NCBI GenBank assembly: GCA_964035545.1
Contig: OZ037771.1
Location: 693,628 to 757,627, forward strand
DNA length: 64,000 nt
Reading direction: 5' to 3'
Origin: Bugula neritina
Taxonomy: Eukaryota > Animalia > Bryozoa
Part shown: positions 33,812-44,358 of the stretch, in pieces
Position numbering within the stretch: the stretch's first letter is position 1
How the letters are laid out: every line of letters begins with the position of its first letter
Made by a program: the position numbers and the translations under genes
The notes under the pieces: generated by a model
Told to the model about the DNA's origin: nothing
The model's database searches: none
What the model saw: the letters and a program-made list of their open reading frames with translations, nothing else

Positions 33812-36111
33812 ATGGCGGATTTTGATGAGCGAAGTGGTATCGTCTGCTGCACCACCCCCTGGGGTCTGTGGTACCAGACTCTGGATGAGGTGTCTCTAGA
33901 GGTCACTGTAGAAGGTGATCTCAAGTCACGGGATGTGACTGTTTCCTGTCAGAGTAACAGTCTATCTGTCGCTATCAAAGACCGCAAGATTATTGATGTG
34001 AGCAGTTATTGGGGTCCGTAGAGAACAAGGGTTTAGAGCTGTCCTTAACCTGTAAATGAAGTAACATAATGCTGCTACAATGAAACTCAAATGTGGTCAT
34101 CTCAACTAATTGGCACCCATGAGTAATCCAAACTACTTGGCAATGTTCCTCCAAGTTATAAATTATTTGCTTGACTTGAGCAGCACATGCTTATTTTATG
34201 TTGTGGCCCACAAACAAAGGAGTCATATTACTAACTAGTTATTAGCTAGTAACTACTAGCTAGTAATTACTAACTAGTAACTACTAGCTAGTAACTACTA
34301 GCTAGTAGTTACTAGCTAGTAGTTACTAGCTAGCTCATACACTAATTTCCTTCATCTCAAACAATCTAAAGCTATAATCAGATTGGTTAACACTGACACT
34401 CAAAGTGCTGAAGAGTACACATACAGTCTAATATGCAAGCAGAGCAACTTTTTTATTATTAGCTTCAAGTGAAATGTTTGTATACATGTATATAAATTTG
34501 TAGACCAGCAAGAAAAATATTCAAATTATTTTGCAAGCAGTAAAGAAAGTCTTGTAGTTTGTTGACTCATTTTCTTCATACTTAGTTTACTAGTTAGTCT
34601 GTTTGGAGGGGATCTAGATGGTATAGATTCACTATTTGCATGTTCTGTTTGTGTTTCAGGGCAATTTGTTTGGCACTGTAAAGGCTAAAGGACTAATCTG
34701 GACAATAGGTGAATCTCTTTTAGTCAGAATTACTAACTAATGCAGCTGCACCTGTAATATGTTGTTATCTACTTTACGTTTGTTAGTTGTATAGTCCATG
34801 TGTCACACGGATAGTATAATGTGTCACACAGATAGTATAATGTGTCACACGGATAGTATAATGTGTCACACGGATAGTATAATGTGTCACATAGATAGTA
34901 TAATATGTCACATGGATAGTATAATGTGTCACATAGATAAATGGTATAATGTGTCACATGGATAGTATAATGTGTCACATAGATAGTATAATGTGTCACA
35001 CGGATAGTATAATGTGTCACACAGATAGTATAATGTGTCAGGGATAGTATAATGTGTCACATGGATAGTATAATGTGTCACATAGATAGTATAATGTGTC
35101 ACATAGATAGTATAATATGTCACATAGATAGTATAATGTGTCACATAGATAGTATAATGTGTCACACGGATAGTATAATGTGTCACACAGATAGTATAAT
35201 GTGTCAGGGATAGTATAATGTGTCACATGGATAGTATAATGTGTCACATAGATAGTATAATGTGTCACATAGATAGTATAATGTGTCACATAGATAGTAT
35301 AATATGTCACATGGATAGTATAATGTGTCACATAGATAGTATAATGTGTCGCATAGATAATATAATGTGTCACACAGGTAGTATATTGTGTCACATGGAT
35401 AGATAGTATAATGCATATTTGTGTGTCTATTCTATAGAGAGTGACAAAAATCAGAAGATATTGCGGATTGTACTGCAAAAGCAGGATGTATCTACAGTAA
35501 ACACCTGGCCCTCTCTACTCGAAGGTATTGTTTCCTACAGTCACTTTTCTATCAGATAGTTGTTCAGCCAAATGTCTACTATGTTTTGATAATGGCTCCT
35601 TCTACACACAGAATAGATATCGTTTTCACTCATCATTTATTCTAAACTTATGATGTGAGAATTCAATATGTTTAGATACAGTTTTGTCCTGATGCAACTT
35701 CATCTGCAGTATTCGTGTATTGATAATTACTGCTACATACTATGCTGTATCAGTGATGCTGCAGTGTAAGTGTAACTATGTAAGTCTAACTGTAAGTGTA
35801 ACAGTGTAAGTATAATAGTGTAAGTGTAATAGTGTAAGTATAATAGTGTAAGTAATATAGTGTAAGTGTTACAGTGTAAGTACAACAGTGTAAGTACAAC
35901 AGTGTAAGTATAATAGTGTAAGTATAATAGTGTAAGCGTGACTAGAATCTGTTTATTTTTAGGTAGTTACGTGGCAGATGAATGGCTGCTGGAAAACATG
36001 AGAAAGAAAGCTGCTTTGGAAGCCATGCAGCTGAAAAACCCAGAGTTTGACTTGAGTGGCTCAGATATTACTGGACACTATGCGACAGGTGGCCCTGACA
36101 CTCCCAGCTGA
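33812..36111 (+). CDS. NUDCD2: NudC domain-containing protein 2 (CS/p23-like co-chaperone)
   Basis: Exons 33812-33997, 34660-34708, 35438-35524, 35963-36111. MADFDERSGIVCCTTPWGLWYQTLDEV.., WPSLLEGSYVADEW.., NPEFDLSGSDITGHYATGGPD match the NUDCD2 termini. Confidence 0.93.
34788..35412. repeat. 21-bp intronic minisatellite (GATAGTATAATGTGTCACATA)n
   Basis: About 29 copies filling NUDCD2 intron 2. Confidence 0.95.
35770..35938. repeat. 14-bp intronic minisatellite (AGTGTAAGTATAAT)n
   Basis: About 12 copies before the last NUDCD2 acceptor. Confidence 0.88.
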
Positions 36112-37273
36112 GTAGAGTAGCAAGTACTTGCAGGTGCTTGTTAGCCTTCGTATACTATTAGTCTGATTTCCGTAACAGGTGCTTTACGTTATGTAATATA
36201 TGGTAGACTATAATTAGCTTTTACAGTTCAAGTTAGTTGCTTCACCCTGTTTATAATATTTTACTTCTGTAACTTCTACGTATAGTTTGTGTCCCTCACC
36301 TTGTTTGATATGCATGTCTCACTACTCCCTGTACAACCATACCAGTAAATGTATCTATGTACCACGTCACTTGTTTACTACTAAACACAGTCAGCTGATT
36401 GCCTCATACTCTGTCAACCTACTTTAAAATATCCGTTATTTTACTTTAGTCGTCATTTTTATTATTTTCAATCAAAATTTTATACTTTTTAAAGATTCAA
36501 ATAAGCATGTAGAATCTCACACATGTTTTTTGAGGTAAATATTTTTATAGCTATTTTTATATTGCTTGGAAATAAATTTTAGCCTCACAAAACCTGTGTC
36601 ATTCGAATCTGATTTTGACATTCAGTTGGTCTTTGCATGGTTATACTTTCAATTTGGATCAATTAGACACGAGTTTCTATAGTTTCTATAGTTCTGCAGG
36701 AGTTGTGTTCTCCTGATGCATGCAATGTTAGTGATTCTTATGTAATATTAGATATTAGCTTTGTTTAATGGGCAATGCTACATTCACTGCTCCAAGAGCA
36801 TTCACCATATGGTACTGGAGTTGTCTTAACTACTAATGCTATCTGCTACATCTAGAGTTATCCCTCCTCCAATCACCTCCGCCATCTGTGGGGTAAGTTT
36901 TATTGCTATGGGAAACTCACTGTGTGTCACAATGGTACGTACTGGTAGTCTCTGTGTCAACTACGTTGTCACAGTGTGCACATTGGTGATATCATTACTC
37001 TATGGAGCCGAGTGGTCCTTTTAATTTTTTTTATATTGCTTACTAAATAAGAGCCTTTTTGGTCCCAGAATAGTATTTATGTTATAGTTATTTATTTTAT
37101 GTGTAGTTTAATACAGTTATATTCATGGTAAGTGTACAATATTAGAATAGAAAAGACAATTTATGTTTAATAATTTAGTAATACTAATGATAATATTGGT
37201 GTACAAATGCTTATAATGTTGAATAGTATTAACTCCAGCTTGTTTAGTGGTAGTAGTGTTCTATATCTCTGTA

Positions 37274-38319
37274 TTAATAGTCATCCCCATCAAACTCATA
37301 ACTTTCACTGTCTTCAGTCTCAAATGTCAAATCTGTCAAATCTGTCGGATCATTGTCAACGTAGCCACAAGAGTAATCATCATCATAATCTTCAAAATTA
37401 CTACGGATGCTGTCGTTGTCTTCATAGTGCTGACCCATTGCGTCAGCGTAATCAAAATCGTTATCATCTGTACTCAAATTACCATCCATATAATCATACA
37501 TTTCAACTTCACGGTCACCACATAGACTGCTATTAGATAGGATGTCGGTCTCATCTTCATAAACATCACCGCATAGGCTGCTATTAGATAGGATGTCTGT
37601 CTCAACTTCATGATCACCGCATAGGCTGCTATGGTTGCTGTCATTTGTCTGCAGAATGTATGAATATTTGAAAATTAAAAGATTTGCAAATTATGCAGAA
37701 AAACATTGCATTATTTCTAAGACATATTGTTTAGTAGCTGATGTTTAATTAAACGTTACTTTCAAAGGTATGTTTCCCAGTGTTGTTTTGCCAGCTGTCT
37801 TCTTTCTCTGCTTCCATTGTTTCAACTGTTTTCTTGCTTCATTTGATTTGGTTTCGTTCTTCATTATGTTGAATATAATTAAAGTTATAGCTGCATATTT
37901 CAAATAAGTAAATAAAGTGAAAACAAATACACATGGATGTTATAGCAGGCCGTTAATTATTGGAATCTTATTCAATCACCCTATATCCATTCTTCTTGAC
38001 AACTTGCTTTCAACAATGTTTTAAACTTTTTGAAAATAATTTTGCCGGTTGCAGAAGCCTGATTCTACCATAGATTAGACTGCTGCTGCTGTCATATGCT
38101 GCTGCCATATGCTCTCTTGCAAATCAAATAAGTAGTACTAACCAGTATTTTCAGCAGCTCTGCCAGGGATGTGTTTGATGTTTTAATGTCCTTCACCTTT
38201 TGTTTAAACTTCCGTTTTCTCTTCTTGTGAACTGGTGGCTGGTTCCTCTCCATGTGCGCTTGTTCTTTGAGTGACAGAAGCTCTAAGTAGCCAGGCAATC
38301 CTGTTTTTTTGTTACCCAT
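37274..38319 (-). CDS. Putative orphan spliced gene: Lys/Arg-rich N-terminal part, Asp/Tyr-rich acidic tail
   Basis: Open segments 38143-38319, ~37760-37864 and 37274-37648 with plausible GT/AG ends. The last exon encodes three (H/N)SSLCGD-containing repeats and a D/Y-rich tail. Joining of the first two segments is unresolved. Confidence 0.4.
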
Positions 38320-38578
38320 GAAATAGAAAACATAACATTTTATTGATCTAATATAAACTTGGCTCCTTAACAGGAACTGCTAAGAGCTACATACTCTTTA
38401 GTAAGTAGTCTCCAATTTTTATGATTTACTTTAAAACCTGTCACTTACTTTTGGTCTCTCACATCCAAGTAATGTTTACAGGTGTTCAATAAATTATTAT
38501 TTCTACAATCACTGAGTAATTCTATATAACCCTTCATTAGGTATCCTTAGCATTCCATTTACTTTCTGTACAATAACC

Positions 38579-41500
38579 TCATTTAGTGTAGATGGGCCTA
38601 CCTTTGTTGGCTATTCTTCGTAAATAGCCTAAAATACGAGAAGTTTGGCAGGGTAGATAGTCATCTAATATGTTGATATCTTGGTTGAAATACACAGGAA
38701 GTGATCCACTAATCAGGTAGTCTCTCAAAGAAATTATCATATCCATGAACCTACATATCAGCACATGGAAACCAACATTATCATATCCATGAACCTACAT
38801 ATCAGCACATGGAAACCAACATTATCATATCCATGAACCTACATATCAGCACATGGAAACCAACATTATCATATCCATGAACCTACATATCAGCACATGG
38901 AAACCAACATTATCATATCCATGAACCTACATATCAGCACATGGAAACCAACATTATCATATCCATGAACCTACATATCAGCACATGGAAACCAACATTA
39001 TCATATCTATGAACCTACATATCAGCACATGGAAACCAACATTATCATATCCATGAACCTACATATCAGCACATGGAAACCAACATTATCATATCCATGA
39101 ACCTACATAGCAGCACATGGAAACCAACATTATCATATCCATGAACCTACATAACAGCACATGGAAACCAACATTATCATATCCATTAATCAGTTTAGTT
39201 CCGTACACTTGTAGTGGTAGTAGTAGTGGTAGTAGTAGTAGTGGTAGTAGTAGTGGTAGTAGTAGTGGTAGTAGTAGTGGTAGGTCAACAGCTTAATTTC
39301 TATTCATCTAATCATGACCTATTTTTTCAAAATGTTTTCACAACATAATTTACCTATAAGGGAGATCTTCTGCACACCAACTCTTGTCTCTTTGCTTTGA
39401 CAACTGAAGCAGAACGTTCTTGTACACATAGGACTTGAAAAACTTTAGCTGTGATTGGTGATTCTTCAGTATCTTAAACAGTCTGAGAACCTTTCTATGA
39501 ATCCTGTAATAATACCTTATAACTTATAATACTGTAATAGAATACTTGTAATATAATACTGTAATATAATACTTGTAATATAATACCGTAATATAATACT
39601 TGTAATATAATACTGTAATATAATACCTGTAATATAATACTTGTAATATAATACTTGTAATATAATACTTGTAATATAATACTGTAATATAATACCTGTA
39701 ATATAATACTTGTAATATAATACTTGTAATATAATACTTGTAATATAATACTGTAATATAATACTGTAATATAATACTTGTAATATAATACTTGTAATAT
39801 AATGCTGTAATATAATAATACATTAGCTGTATATTCTGATATACTTTAGTTGTGGAATAAAAGCCCTAATTTATTTATTTATTCTCACTGATTTTCTTTG
39901 TCGATATTTCTGAAGAGTTTTCTTTCCTGTTTAGAATATGATTCCCTCCAGAGATGGCTTTGGTGTGAAGTGAAAGCTAGTTGCTTGTCCACAGGCTTTG
40001 CTACATAGTCATGCTTCTCTCTACCCGGTCCTTTCCTGTACAAGATAAGCTTCAAATTCACATTATAAGCTAACTGTGAAGTATAATAATGTTTTGTGAA
40101 GAAATAGACCTTGTTCTAACATCTAATCTGATGTTCAATTTATAACTAAGAGTTGTGCCCCCTTAACAAGTACATACCTTCAACAAGCTACTATTAACCA
40201 CTATTGCTGCTGCAGCACTTGCCAATAAACAAATAACCATGAAAATGCTTTTAAGATCATTTTTAATATGGCTACCAGGTCTACGATTACCTAATAAGTT
40301 GCCTATCTTGTACACTGGCTACCAGGTCTATGGTGAAGGGAGTGAGTTTGAGCTGTGAGCACTCCACAATGAGAGTGACTGCAGGCCCCCTGTGTACTCT
40401 GGTCACCTGAACGTCTACTGTCTTCTTCTCTGTCTCCGATGTCTCCTTAGCTTTAGTACCCTTCTGGGTGTGGGTGTATTGTAGAAACCTCCCTTTCTTT
40501 TTCAGCAGTTTGTCTATCATGCTACAGAACTTTTTTCTCACCTGGACAAACAGCAAACACTTTACTGGTTCCTCTCTTAGAGCAATCAACTGTTTAACAT
40601 TTGTCAGCTAGTATGTCTTAGCGAATCACAAAGTTTGTGTTATTTCAGCTCTAAATGTGTTCAGTTTGTTCCATTTCATTTGTGTTTATTTGATAGCCTG
40701 CAGCATTGTTACCATAGAGTTAGTTTTATAATTATCTATCAGTATTCACCGGCTTTCCATGTACCGATTTCAGATCGATCTCAGCGAGATCGATCCATGG
40801 AAAGACGCCAAAGATCGATCTCCGTAGATCTGAGCTGGTCGGTCTGTAGAGCTCGAACTCAGATCGATCTCATGTCAATAAGACCATGGAAAGACGCCAG
40901 ATCGATCTGAGAAGTAGAAAAAGACTGCGCGCTACAATGTTGTCTGCTAATAATAATGATAACTTATTGATAATTACAAAGCAAAGTATTAAATAATCAT
41001 GATAACCACTTTTTCAGTTGCCAAAACTTTGACTTTCAGTACAATGATTAAGAAAACTCAATTATATGCAGTAGAAGGTAAAAAATGGGAAAATTTAAAT
41101 TGAATTTAAATGACTATCAAAACTTAGTTTCATCAGCTATTTTCTTTGTAATTTTAAGCCTAACAGTCCTGTAAGTTTATTAATAATCTGCAAGACTGCT
41201 ATTAATTTTATATAAGCTGTCAAGCTAAAAAATTAAAACTAATTATTTTAAATTGGCCAAATTACCATACACTGAAAGCTTTGCTGCTTATAGCTTATAG
41301 CTGGGATTAAATTGTAGACTACGACCATCTTGTTTTCAACAGTAGTAGCTTTAATCACTCAAATAGGTGAACAAATTATACGTTTAAAGTATCCTTCACT
41401 TAAGAGAAGGCAACTTCGCGAGATCGATCTGACACTCTCATGGAAAAACGATCGATCTGAGCACATTTTTCAGATCGATCTCAGCGAGATCGATCTGAGA

Positions 41501-43245
41501 TCGGTACATGGAAAGCCCGTGAGTATTAACATCTGAACTATTTGTTGATATGGACACAGCCCTTGTAGTGCTGTTTTTCTACTTTAGCTTCTGCCTAGAT
41601 GTTAACCTGCGACCCACGTTTACAGACTGAGCTAATGACATACTAACTTTCAGAGAGCAGAGTCTCTGTTGGTTGTCTAGGAGTTGTAGCATGGGGTATC
41701 TCGTACCCCTTTTCTTCTTTGCTCCCTTCACCACTGCTTTAGTTGCTAAAGCTGCTGCACCTTTCGCATTCTTCTTGGGTGACTTTCTTAACCCAACCAG
41801 CTTAATGCTGCAGAAACCAGGTGTCTTTGGTTCATCCTCTACCTAGATTGGTCGGTTTAAGTTTCTTTGGCAGTCTTTTATGAAAAAAAACTTCTTAGAT
41901 TACAACTGTTCACTTCAAGCCGCATTTATACTGATCACCTACCTTGTATACTGATCACCTACCTTGTATACTGATCACCTACCTTGTATACTGATCACCT
42001 ACCTTGTATACTGATCACCTACCTTGTATACTGATCACCTACCTTGTATACTGATCACCTACCTTGTATACTGATCACCTACCTTGTATACTGATCACCT
42101 ACCTTCCAAATACCTTTCCAGAGGTTAAAGTAGATCATCACATCAAAGTCATTTGCCTCTCCAGCCTGAACCTTTTCAAAAGCACTTCCTGCTCGGTAAA
42201 GCTGACGACTTATCATGTTTTTTGGTTTGATTTCTTTTCTTATGACTCCGAGGAGCCATTTCACAATGTCTGTATCAGTGATATATAATGTTATATACTA
42301 AGTGTAAGTATAGTATTGATATATATGTTATATATACTAAGTGTAAGTATAGTATTGATATATATGTTATATACTAAGTGTAAGTATAGTATTGATATAT
42401 ATGTTATATACTAAGTGTAAGTATAGTATTGATATATGTTATATACTGAGTGTAAGTAACTAACAGTATTGATATATTATGTTATATACTAAGTGTAAGT
42501 ATAATATTGATATATATGTTATATACTGAGTGTAAGTAACTAATAGTATTGATATATGTTATATACTAAGTGTAAGTATAGTATTGATATATATGTTATA
42601 TACTAAGCGTAAGTATAGTATTGATATATGTTATATACTGAGTGTAAGTAACTAACAGTATTGATATATTATGTTATATACTAAGTGTAAGTATAGTATT
42701 GATATATGTTATATACTGAGTGTAAGTAACTAACAGTATTGATATAATGTTATATAATAAAGTAATTATGACTCATACTCACCTTTCTTAACCTCCACCT
42801 CTTCTGCTGAAATCTTTGTGTTTTCATTCAACTTTTCCAGTTCATCTCTCAGAATTTCAATTTCATCTGGACGGAGTATCTTATGTTTACATCTTCCATC
42901 TGCTGCTTTTCTCTTCCTTTTCCTGCTTGTGTTGCTGTTTGCTGTTACTGTTGGTGTTGGTGTAACTGTTGGTGTAACTGTTGGTGTAACTGTTGATGTT
43001 ACTGTTGGTGCTACTGTTGGTGTTACTGTTGGTGTAACTGTTGGTGTAACTGTTGATGTTACTGTTGGTGCTACTGTTGGTACTACTGTTGGTGTAACTG
43101 TTGATGTTACTGTTGGTGCTACTGTTGGTACTACTGTTGGTGTTACTGTTGGTGCTACTGTTGGTGCTACTGTTGGTGTAACTGTTGGTGCTACTGTTGG
43201 TGTTACTGTTGGTGCTACTGTTGGTGTTGACATTGCTGCTGCCAT
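38579..43245 (-). CDS. cGAS-like receptor (cGLR; Mab-21/MB21D nucleotidyltransferase), ~514 aa
   Basis: Exons 42783-43245, 42103-42269, 41648-41842, 40291-40541, 39889-40035, 39354-39503, 38579-38750 join in frame (1545 nt). Motifs AGSAFEKVQAGEANDFDVMI (GS plus D-x-D), GPAVTL..TIDLVAS (third acidic residue), LWRESYSKQERKLF, HRKVLRLFK..KSYVYKNVLL, LPVYFNQDINIL. Confidence 0.9.
38733..39186 (-). repeat. 44-bp minisatellite spanning the last cGLR splice acceptor
   Basis: Unit on the - strand is gttggtttccatgtgctgatatgtag|GTTCATGGATATGATAAT; about 10 copies. Confidence 0.95.
39505..39822. repeat. 13-14-bp intronic minisatellite (GTAATATAATACTT)n
   Basis: About 22 copies abutting the acceptor at 39504. 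Confidence 0.9.
40747..41521. mobile_element. Non-autonomous DNA transposon (MITE) in cGLR intron 3
   Basis: Left TIR CACCGGCTTTCCATGTACCGATTTCAGATCGATCTC; right TIR GAGATCGATCTGAGATCGGTACATGGAAAGCCCGTG. Flanked by direct repeat AGTATT (40741-40746 and 41522-41527). Several internal AGATCGATCT palindromes; no coding capacity. Confidence 0.88.
41927..42105 (-). repeat. 20-bp minisatellite spanning the cGLR exon 2 donor (AAG|gtaggtgatcagtatac)
   Basis: About 9 perfect copies. Confidence 0.95.
42290..42760. repeat. ~35-40-bp AT-rich minisatellite filling cGLR intron 1
   Basis: TGTTATATACTAAGTGTAAGTATAGTATTGATATATA-like units, about 12 copies. Confidence 0.9.
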
Positions 43246-43304
43246 TTTCCTCTCTATTGCTAAGCTAGTAGCTATTTAACAGCATGTGTTACATAACTAG
43301 TGTA

Positions 43305-43495
43305 AATGTGTGTAGTATAAGTATGTATAGTATAAGTATGTATAGTATAAGTGTGTAGTATAAGTATGTATAGTATAAGTGTGTATAGTATAAGTGTGTA
43401 TAGTATAAGTATGTATAGTATAAGTATGTATAGTATAAGTGTGTATAGTGTCAGTATGTATAGTATAAGTGTCTGTAGTATAAGTATGTATAGTT
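43305..43495. repeat. 14-bp minisatellite (GTATAGTATAAGTAT-like) upstream of the cGLR ATG
   Basis: About 13 copies. Confidence 0.85.
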
Positions 43496-44358
43496 ATATT
43501 GAATCTTCTTAGAGTTTAGTATTTGTGTGTTGACAAAGGTATGTGCCTACATAGCTATTGTATTATTGGTTGTTAATCAAGTGAACTCTTGTATTATTGG
43601 TTGTTAATCAAGTGAACTCTTGTATTACCCCCTATTGATTGAGTGAACATACAATAGTCCAAGACAATATTGATTATTTTATTGAGGTTTGCACAGGTAC
43701 TTGATGCTGCAAAGTAAACTTGAATGCAATAATTTGTGTACTTTGTGAGCCACATGTTGAATCGCTCACTGCTATGTCAAGGTCGTACTACCAAGTGAAG
43801 GTCGTACTGGAAGGTCAAGGGGTCAAGGGCTGCAATACTTTCCAGTATGTTGTGACCAAATCAAGCTGAAATTAGGTAGTTTTAATAAAGTTTTATGGCT
43901 ATTGACTATGTTTGTTTTTATTTCCCCAAAATAAGTGTGTGAGTTAATGCAAGCACCACTCAGCGAGAAGGTTTATTCCTCTAAACGGAAGTATAGTATG
44001 TTGAGACAAGTAAGAGCACTCAACTCTACAAGACTTTACAACAATGGTTATTTACATTAAGTCCTTCGTCAAGTCACACTCTAGTCATTGTTGTGTTTGT
44101 ACAATTCACTCCATTTTTCGTTTTCAACATTTTCATTCAGTGTATATTTCTAATTGATTTTTTAATAATGAACTACAATATATATTTGCTAACCTTTTCA
44201 ACAACTTTCAAATTTCTTTTATGTAATCCAACGACTAAAAAAGGTAATATAGTTTAATACTTGTGATACAGGTTGTAACTTCATTGTATGGTGGAGTGTG
44301 TGGAAAATGTTGTTAACATTGTTTGGGGTGTAGTTTATCTTTGCCTGCATATTTTAGA

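Noticed and set aside
34770-35478. Overlapping Tyr/Thr/His-rich ORFs
   Set aside because: Products of the 21-bp minisatellite in NUDCD2 intron 2.
37975-38064. Extra exon of the orphan acidic gene
   Set aside because: Every frame I tried contains a stop before a usable donor.
38733-39186. CRISPR-like array
   Set aside because: Head-to-tail repeats without unique spacers, no cas genes, and a eukaryotic intron context. The same holds for every array in the window.
42818-43279. Plus-strand hydrophobic (TVGV)n ORF
   Set aside because: Antisense reading of the cGLR N-terminal 12-bp coding repeat.
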